From assembly GCA_951406725.2 (NCBI GenBank), contig OX597827.1, positions 57,040,001 through 57,104,000 of the forward strand: 64,000 nucleotides of DNA, given 5' to 3'. Positions within the stretch are counted from its first letter, which is position 1, and the number at the start of each line of letters is the position of its first letter. Origin of the DNA: Octopus vulgaris (Eukaryota). Below, one piece after another: positions 55,193 to 64,000 of the stretch. The notes beneath the pieces were generated by a model. It searched no databases. It saw nothing but the letters and a program-made list of their open reading frames with translations, and was not told the DNA's origin. Position numbers and translations under genes: made by a program.

Positions 55193-55630
55193 TATTTTTG
55201 TTATTTTTATTTGCCCTGTCCGTGTGAGCTAACAGTCGTACTGGCTTTCATGGGAAGCATGTGTTTTCGTGGTTGAAACCTTTTGGATTAACTGGTGCTA
55301 GAGTGATCAATATAGTGACCACTCTCTTATATTTATTTTGTGAAAATATTATAATATGTTATAAAATATTATAATAATCCAGGTTTCTCGTAGCACTAGG
55401 CCACTTGGTGTGGAATAAATATACTATTAAATTAGTATCTAATTCTCTCACCCTTATTAATTAATTATAATTATGCTGCATTTATTTCTAAATGCTGTTT
55501 TTGTTTTCCGTGAGAGTTTGGCGCGCTGTTGGTTGGGGCATTTGAATTATAACGTCGGATGTAATCAATTGAACCACACGCGTATTTATCGTTATGGTAA
55601 AATCTGGCGTGTGATTGAGTGGATTTCATC

Positions 55631-55724
55631 CAGATAGTCTTGGCTGACGAGCTACAAATGGATTATTGTAAGTAATATTACATTTAATTCATTAATAGCG
55701 AAACAATTGTCCCAAAATAATCTG
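55631..55724 (+). ncRNA. Type I hammerhead ribozyme, copy 2 (predicted cleavage after 55711)
   Basis: Same sequence as copy 1, offset 532 bp. Confidence 0.88.
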
Positions 55725-55995
55725 TATTTTTGTTATTTTTATTTGCCCTGTCCGTGTGAGCTAACAGTCGTACTGGCTTTCATGGGAAGCATGTGTTTTC
55801 GTGGTTGAAACCTTTTGGATTAACTGGTGCTAGAGTGATCAATATAGTGACCACTCTCTTATATTTATTTTGTGAAAATATTATAATATGTTATAAAATA
55901 TTATAATAATCCAGGTTTCTCGTAGCACTAGGCCACTTGGTGTGGAATAAATATACTATTAAATTAGTATCTAATTCTCTCACCCTTATTAATTA

Positions 55996-56028
<33 letters not shown>

Positions 56029-56342
56029 TCGATTAGATTTATTATTATTATTACTAATATTGTTGTTATACATACATACAAGCATATGTAATGATAATAA
56101 TGGGTGGATGTAAACACATGAACAAAATTAGAACAAAAGCAACAACAACAAAAACAAAATACAAATTACAAGAATGTATATAACCAGAAGATACAAATAT
56201 TACAGGCATCCCCCCCACACACACTAAATAAACATAGACGCACATAGAGATATAAGCATGCGCAAATGAAGACATACAATAGAAATACAAAATGGCTGAC
56301 GGTTAGTAAGGAGAGACACAAGTAAGTGAGAAGAAAACAAAG

Positions 56343-56386
56343 GACCACTGATGCGGTCACAGGAGTGTGACGAAAGAACTTTGGCC
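56343..56386 (+). ncRNA. Minimal hammerhead-like motif in PLE terminal repeat (mirror copy 52775-52819 minus)
   Basis: CCA-CTGATGC-G-GTCACA(ggag)TGTGAC-GAAA-GAAC-TT-TGG. Confidence 0.6.
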
Positions 56387-57641
56387 GAAATAAGATTAAG
56401 ATTAATGTAAAAAATAAATATCACTGAAGCAAAATAACACCAAATATATAGTGCGTGTGTTTTTATTGGCTAAACTGGCAATATGACCATTCCGAAATAT
56501 AACAATATCTGTTTCAACACACGACTTCACATAAAAAATCTTGCACAACAAATATTTAAACGTATATATATATATATATATGTATATATAAATATATATG
56601 AAATAAGTAGCAGCTACACACTGGAGTCGATGTAATCGACTAGCCCTCTCTCCCTAAATTTTCAGGCCTTGTGCCTATAGTAGAAAGGATTACTGCAGGT
56701 CTGTATGTTAGTGTGTATGTATTGTTGTGTTGGAGGTGCAATGGCCCAGTGGTTAGGGCAGCAGACTCGCGGTTGGAGGATCGCGGTTTCGATTCCCAGA
56801 TCGGGCGTTGTGTGTGTTTATTGAGCATTAAGACCTAAAGCTCCACAAGGCTCCGACAGGGGGTGGTGGCGACCCCTGTTGTACTCTTTCGCCCCAACTT
56901 TTTCTCTCTCTCTTTCTTCCTGTTTCTTGAGTAACGCTGCGATGGATTGGCGTCCCGTCCAGCTGGGGGGAACACATACGCCACAGAAACCGGGTAACCG
57001 GGCCCATGAGCCTGGCTAGGCTTGAAAAGGGTGCATAAATAAAATGAGTTGTAGTGTTTGTGTAAAAGTCACTGTTTGTTTGAGAGTGTATACGTCATTG
57101 TGCATGCTTATTTTGGATTTTTAAGTGGTAATGTCATTAGATAAGTACATGTTAGTGTGTCATTCTCTATGTTTTCGGTGCGTATTTCAGTGCGTATGTG
57201 TTTGTGATTTACTGCATATTAGGCCACTGTGTGCATTTATGAATGCATATGTCAATGTGTATAAATATTTGTCTGTATATGATGTTATATCTGTTCGACA
57301 TTGTGTATGTATATTTGTGTGACTGCATATAATGTTTAGTGTGTTTGTAAGAGCATATATTAAAGAGTGTGTGGTTGTGTACGTGTGTGTTCATGTGTGT
57401 GTGTGGGTGTTTGTGTGTTGTGTTGCGTGTGCATGTGTGTGTAAACTGCGTGTTGTGTTGTTTGTGGGCGTGTGTGTGTGTGTGTATGTGTTCGCGTGTG
57501 ACATTGTGTACGTTTGCGTGGTCGTATATGACATCTTGTGCTTGTAAGAATATATATTTTAAAGTGTGTATGAGTTGTGTGCGTATGTATGTGTCGTGTG
57601 TGAGTGCGTGTGTGTATGTGTGTGTGTATGTGTGTGTGTGC

Positions 57642-57712
<71 letters not shown>

Positions 57713-58661
57713 TGTTGACATAATAAATTTCATAGTAGCTAGCTTAACGCCCTATTCCAACATCTGCAAACCTACGAAAATATTGTTTTCATTAATTGTT
57801 TTCAAAAGTTGATAATTCTTTTTTTTTTTATCATTTTCTATTTCCTTCTTTACATTTTATTTTTCGACAACGATTGAAGCGGCAAGTTACAAATTTATTT
57901 TTCATTTCATTGTTTCTTTTTTTTTTTTTTTTACCCGGAAAATAAAAGGTATGCTGGATGTGATGGGAAGACTCAAATAATTTAACTATTCCATCATCCA
58001 TGTTTTTGGATTAGGAAACAGTTTGAAACATGTCAACGAAACCACATCAGCGTATTATTATATCTGAAATATATCCCCAAACAAATTTTTTTTTGTTTTG
58101 AAAACAAGCAGCTTCACTTTTTCATGGATGATATTGCAAAAATATAAAAGGAAGAAAGAAAAATGAATTTGACGATTCTTTCTGAAATGTTAAACGATAG
58201 GTTTTTATGGGCGTAATCGTGGCTTTGTAATGAAGGAATTAGCTTAGTAATTGGAAGGTTTCAAGTTCGATCCCTCCCGTGCGCTTTGAGCAAGTATCTT
58301 CTACGATAGTCTCGTCTTCATCGAAGACTTATTAGTGAAATTGAGCGGGTGTAGTTTTGTATGGCTGTCCCGTCGAGGGATTAAATCTGATGGATGTTAG
58401 ATATGTACATATGTAAATACGGAAACACACACATACATATATATATATACAAATAAATGAAAATAAAGGAATTTTGTTAATTCGTCGTTCAACTCCATTC
58501 TTTCATTTATTTGTATTTAAAAAAACACACAAATTTCCACACGATAGCACGTGATCTCTGCCCTAGGCATGTAGCTTCATCCGTGTTTTTCTGACGTGAA
58601 TTTGCTACCCAGATATCGGTTAACCGAATTATCCATAATAAGATAATTTATTCAACTACTC

Positions 58662-58705
<44 letters not shown>

Positions 58706-59044
58706 ATATATATAAACTAGGGCAGATTGATTTTCCTCACTTTTATAGTTAATGACTTTGGACTAATCGAGATAGTGAGGGCTTAATATGATAGTAACTG
58801 ACAAAAAAATCCATCTCCCTAGCTTTTATCGTTTTTTTTTTGAGAAAACTGTTGTAAAATATTGTAACCAGAAAACACCGCATTTTCACCGTTTTCGATC
58901 GAAACAAAAACATGTTATTGTTATTTGGAAAATCAACAAAATTTTACTGGACTCCAACAAGTACTTTTTAAATAAAATTTAAAAAATGTTACGTCGTTAA
59001 TAATTTTAATCGCAGGGTATATATAAATATACTCACACACACAC

Positions 59045-59098
<54 letters not shown>

Positions 59099-59324
59099 CA
59101 CACACAGACGCACACACACATACAAAATAAAAAATACTCATTAAGTACAGGACGTCACTAATGAGCGAAAAACACGTAAACACGAGAGATGAGTACAGGA
59201 CAAATACAAAAACAAACAAACAAACAATTAGAACAGGGCATCCACAACGAGTGAAAAATACGTAAACACATAACAAGAGACAAGTACGGGACAAAATACT
59301 AAAAGATGTCTAACTCCTCCTCAG

Positions 59325-60140
59325 TTGTCGACTGTTTATTATTCCCTATTTGGAGCTTTCAACGACAAGATAGGAAAACTACATAAGACAGCAGCATCCA
59401 GAAATTATAAAAATATAAAATTTGTGGAGAGTTAGGGCTTCGAACAAACAAACAGCAACAGAGTGGACGTACAGAGTAAACGATCGACGAAGACAAACAT
59501 TAAGGGCCGTTAGGCCAAGATGAATTGTAAAGGGTAACATCTGGGAGAAATTTTGAAAGGATATAGAATAAATAGAAAGGAAGAAAATAATAGAAGAGAA
59601 AAAATGTCGTAGGGAGGGGGCAAAAGAAATGACGTCCAGCTAGGTGGTTGTCACATCCCGAAAGTACAGAGGTGAGAGAAATTGCCTGTAGTCACGTGTG
59701 AGCAAAGAGGCTGAGGGGAAGGTGGACAAGAGAGAGAATGAAAGAAAGAAACAAAGGGAGTGAGGAGAAAGGAGAAGGAACGAAAGATAGTAGGGAGTTT
59801 AAGAAAGACGGGGGACACGTCCAACTAGCTGGACATCTTTTCTCTCGCCTCCCGACATTTTTTCTCTTCTACTATTTTCTTCTCTTATATTCATTCTATA
59901 TCTTTTCCAAATTTCTCCCAGGCGTTACCCATTACAATGCGTCTTGGCATAACAACCTTTAATACTTGTCTTCGTTGATTGTTTACTATATATGTCCACT
60001 CTGTTACTGTTTGTTCGTTCGAAGCCCTAACTCTTCAGGAATTTTATATTTGAAAACTTTCTGGATGCTGCTGTCTTATGAAGTTTTCCTATCTTGACGC
60101 TAAAAGCTCGAAATAGGATGTAATAAACAGTCGACAACCA
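59325..60140. repeat. Diverged ~330-bp inverted repeat with ~170-bp purine-rich spacer
   Basis: TTGTCGACTGTTTATT..GTCCAGCTAG versus CTAGCTGGAC..AATAAACAGTCGACAA. Confidence 0.85.
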
Positions 60141-60173
60141 AGGTGGAGGTAGACTTACATACATGCTAACACA

Positions 60174-60215
<42 letters not shown>

Positions 60216-60614
60216 TACGAACACACATATACGTATACAGGCATATATGCATACATCCTAAATAAAATATATATTTTAGTATATATATATATTTATGAAC
60301 ATAGACACACACACACACACACACACACAAAGCGTTCCTTATGGCTACAGATAAGTGTATATCTATGTCCTTTTATTCCGTCTTAGACATTTAATAACTT
60401 AATTCTATTTCTTTATTTTTAATTTTATTTTGCTTCTATTATATAATCTATCTTTTACAGAAGATAAATTTTGGACTGACTGTATTTTAGGAACTTGTCT
60501 GAAGCCTTAAGTCACACAAACTTCTTTTCTGATATACATGTCTCTCCCATCCTCTTTCTGTGTATATACATAAGTGTGTGTGTGTGTGTGTGCGGATACA
60601 TAGATACATAGATA

Positions 60615-60648
<34 letters not shown>

Positions 60649-60659
60649 AACACACACAC

Positions 60660-60699
<40 letters not shown>

Positions 60700-61362
60700 G
60701 CACACACAAGTATACGCACACGCATATATATTTACATATTTATATATATATATGTACATATATGTGTATGAGTGTATATATGTATGTACTATTTTTTATT
60801 TGTTTCAGTCATTTGACTGTGGCCATGCTGGAGCACCGCCTTTAGTCGAACAAATCGACCCCAGAATTTATTCTTTGTAAGTCTAGTACTTATTCTATCG
60901 GTCTCTTTTGCCGAACCGCTAAGTTAGGGGGACGTAAACACACCAGCATCGGTTGTCAAGCGATGCTGGGGGACAAACACAGACACACACATACACACAC
61001 ACACACGCATACACAGACACAGAAACCGGGGAAACCGGGCACATAAGCCTGGCTAGGCTTGAAAAGGGCGACGTACGTTTATACATACATATATAAATCA
61101 TGTATGCATACATACATATACACACACACATGGCACACATGACATACATACATATACACACGCACATATACAAGCAGAATATTTGGCACAGCTGAAAAGA
61201 AACTATAAATGGTTTAGAATTATTCTTAAACCAAAGGCATATTCTCTTTAATATAAGATTATCGGATTTATCGTAAATAGTTAACTTTTCATATATAAAA
61301 TGAAGTTGTTTTCCAATTTGTCTATTGCAGTCCTACTTCCTATTCACTGTGCTACAGATATG

Positions 61363-61755
61363 TGGAGGCACAATGGCCCAGTGGTTAGGGCAGCGGACTC
61401 GCGGTCGTAGGATCGCGGTTTCTATTCCCAGACCGGGCGTTGTGAGTGTTTATTGAGCGAAAACACCTAAAGCTCCACGAGGCTCCGGCAGGGATGGTGG
61501 TGATCCCTGCTGTACTTTTTCACCACAACTTTCTCTCACTCTTACTTCCTGTTTCGGTTGTACCTGTATTTCAAAGGGCCGGCCTTGTCACTCTCTGTGT
61601 CACGCTGAATATCCCCGAGAACTACGTTAAGGGTACACGTGTCTGTGGAGTGCTCAGCCACTTACACGTTAATTTCACGAGCAGGCTGTTCCTTTGATCG
61701 GATCAACCGGAACCCTCATCGTCGTAACCGACGGAGTGCTTCCAGAGTGCTTCCA
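61363..61755 (+). mobile_element. Full-length SINE family B with 12-bp TSD
   Basis: GCTACAGATATG at 61351-61362 and 61756-61767. Confidence 0.9.
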
Positions 61756-62084
61756 GCTACAGATATGCACTTTATATTAACAGTATATTTCGCCATTCAA
61801 TTGTGTAAATACCATATATTTAACACAAGCATATTAAGTAAGAGCATAGAATTTAATATGTTTGATACTATTACACTGGTCAACAGGCTTTTTGCTGACT
61901 TCGATTTTGTGATTGTTTTTAGTTAATTTTGAGAGGCTGATTTCAAATATGGCATCCGTTTTTTCCCTAACACATCAGGTTTTCATTCTATAGCATACCC
62001 CTATTTTATGATGTACTGTATAAATAATTTACTTGGTCAGGATGATTTGGTAAGTCTTAATAGCTTTCTGTGACGTATAGGTGT

Positions 62085-62240
62085 AGGAGTGGCTGTGTGG
62101 TAAGTAGCTTGCTTAAGAACCACATGGTTCCGGGTTCAGTCCCACTATGTGACACCTTGGGCAAGTGTCTTCTACTATAGCCTCGGGTCGACCAAAGCCT
62201 TGTGAGTGGATTTGGTAGACGGAAACCGAAAGAAGCCCGT

Positions 62241-62308
<68 letters not shown>

Positions 62309-62523
62309 TGTGTGTCTGTGTGTCTGTGTTTGTTCCCCCAACATCGCTTGACAACCGATGCTGGTGTGTTTACGTCCCCGTAACTTAGTGGTTCGGCAAA
62401 AGAGACCGATAGAATAAGTACTAGGCTTATAAAGAATAAGTCCTGGGATCGATTTGCTGGACTAAAGGCGTTGCTCCAGCATGGCCTTAATCAAATGACT
62501 GAAACAAGTAAAAGAGTAAAAGA
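62085..62523 (+). mobile_element. SINE family A
   Basis: Full-length consensus match. Confidence 0.85.
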
Positions 62524-64000
62524 GGTTAAAACCAAAAGTTATAAATGTCAATAGAATATGAAATGTAAGATAGCATTCTTCTTGTTGAATAAATAGTAGG
62601 CTTTAAAAGATGTACTGGGGTTGTTTTGTCGAGTTGTTCGACTAAAACCTTCACGATGGTTATATTTTATATTTTGAAAATACCCTGTGATTATTGCGAT
62701 CACCTCAAAGGTTTAAAGCCTGAACAGACAAGTGAAGAAATCGGTTAATTTGTTCATCGATTCCATTGCTTTAGAATCCTCGCGGAGTCCTCTATGTAAT
62801 TCGTTATTTGTTAAAAAAAAACTTCAACGAGTTTTTGTTTAGGATTTAAATCTGCAAATTCAACGCCAAATTATTGATTATCAATCTCAGAGTCGTTGAC
62901 ATTTGCTGGTAGATTATATAAGAAACGAAAATAAGAAGCTGTGTTTATAATTAGCAGCTCGCATCATTGTCTTTTATAGAATTAAGAAATCGTTATTAAT
63001 TAAGCGTCAAACAGAACGGTTTTACTTTGATTACATATTTAGAAGTTAGATGCGAAAGAACACGAAGAGGACCTATCAAATACATATAATTCTTTCTAAT
63101 TTTGGTACAACGCCAGCAATTATGGTGGAAGGGTGCAAGTTGATTACATCGACTCCAGTGCCTGATTGGTATTTTATTTTATCGATCCCGAAAGGATAAA
63201 AAGCAAAGTTTATCTTCGCAGGATTTGAACTCAGAACGTAAAGAGAAGGAAGAAACGCCGTTAAACACTTTTTCCCGATGCGCAACCCTGCTTTTCTTTG
63301 CCTTAGCCCCACAATTCCTTGATGGAATGAAAGGTGCTCCGTCATGTCATACGGCGTATATAGGACAAGTTTAGACTCAAGCGAAGCCCTTTCTTCTTCA
63401 GTATGGCCCCACCTGATTTCTTGTATGTGAGTGTGCGTGTGTGTATGTGAATGTGTGAGCGTGCGTGTGTGTGTGTATCTTTTTGTCTATGTTTGTCCCT
63501 CACCACCCTTGGAAAACCGGTATTGCTGTGTTTACGTCCCCTTAACTTAGCAGTTCGGCAAAAGAGACCGATAGAATAACTATCGGGCTTCAAAAGTAAT
63601 GAGGTCGATTCGTTCAACTAAAGTTCCTCAAGGCAGTGCTCCTGTATGGCCGTAGTCTAAGGACAGAGACAAGTAAAAGATAAAAGACGAAATTATATAT
63701 ACTCACACACACACATATATATATATATACATACATGTGTGTGTGTGTGTACGTGTGTATACGTATGCTTACATACATGCATACATACACGCACACATAC
63801 ACATATATAAAAGTCACAGATCTTGTTGAAATAGTTATAATGACTATTGGAAATACAAATTAAAAGGAAGCCTTGAGGTCTGAAGGGAAGAAGTTAAAGA
63901 TAAAACGCTCTTCAATGAAATATTTTCACTAAATTTTCTTAATCATGACGTTTCTTTACTAATATAATTCTGATCAAATTCACTTAAAAAGATGGCGAGA

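Larger units (their letters stand above)
54840..55999 (+). repeat. 532-bp tandem repeat (2.2 units), hammerhead-containing retrozyme-like array
   Basis: CCAGGTTTCTCGTAGC restarts at 54847, 55379 and 55911. Confidence 0.9.
52653..56562 (+). mobile_element. Naiad-like Penelope element, 5'-truncated, with ~980-bp inverted copy of its 3' end
   Basis: 52653-53632 is the reverse complement of 54315-54800 joined to 56000-56508; ~54-bp unpaired tail; flanked by (TA)n. Confidence 0.85.

Noticed and set aside
61363-61440. tRNA gene
   Set aside because: tRNA-like SINE head continuous with SINE body and TSD

Overview
AT-rich, microsatellite-saturated animal DNA. The repertoire of tRNA-derived SINEs with internal (TA)n/(CA)n, RTE 3' ends and Penelope-like elements suggests an octopus/cephalopod genome (inference). 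The only host gene I can support is the last two coding exons of an axonemal dynein heavy chain (DNAH6-like, + strand, 6543-6765 and 10959-11062). The rest is layered mobile DNA: three or four SINE families, RTE/RTE-X, R4-like and Tx1-like LINE ends, mariner, MULE, hAT and piggyBac-type relics, three Helitrons, a SINE-derived 64-bp satellite and several Penelope-like elements (PLEs). The most striking signal is non-coding. At least nine hammerhead-ribozyme-like motifs (two intact families, the rest variant or decayed) sit in elements associated with (TA)n tracts. They include a 532-bp tandem retrozyme-like array nested inside a Naiad-like PLE, and minimal hammerheads with an apparent compensatory U3-A8 core. 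Several fold-back palindromes have turn points next to hammerhead cores. All calls were made by eye, so coordinates of degenerate elements are approximate.
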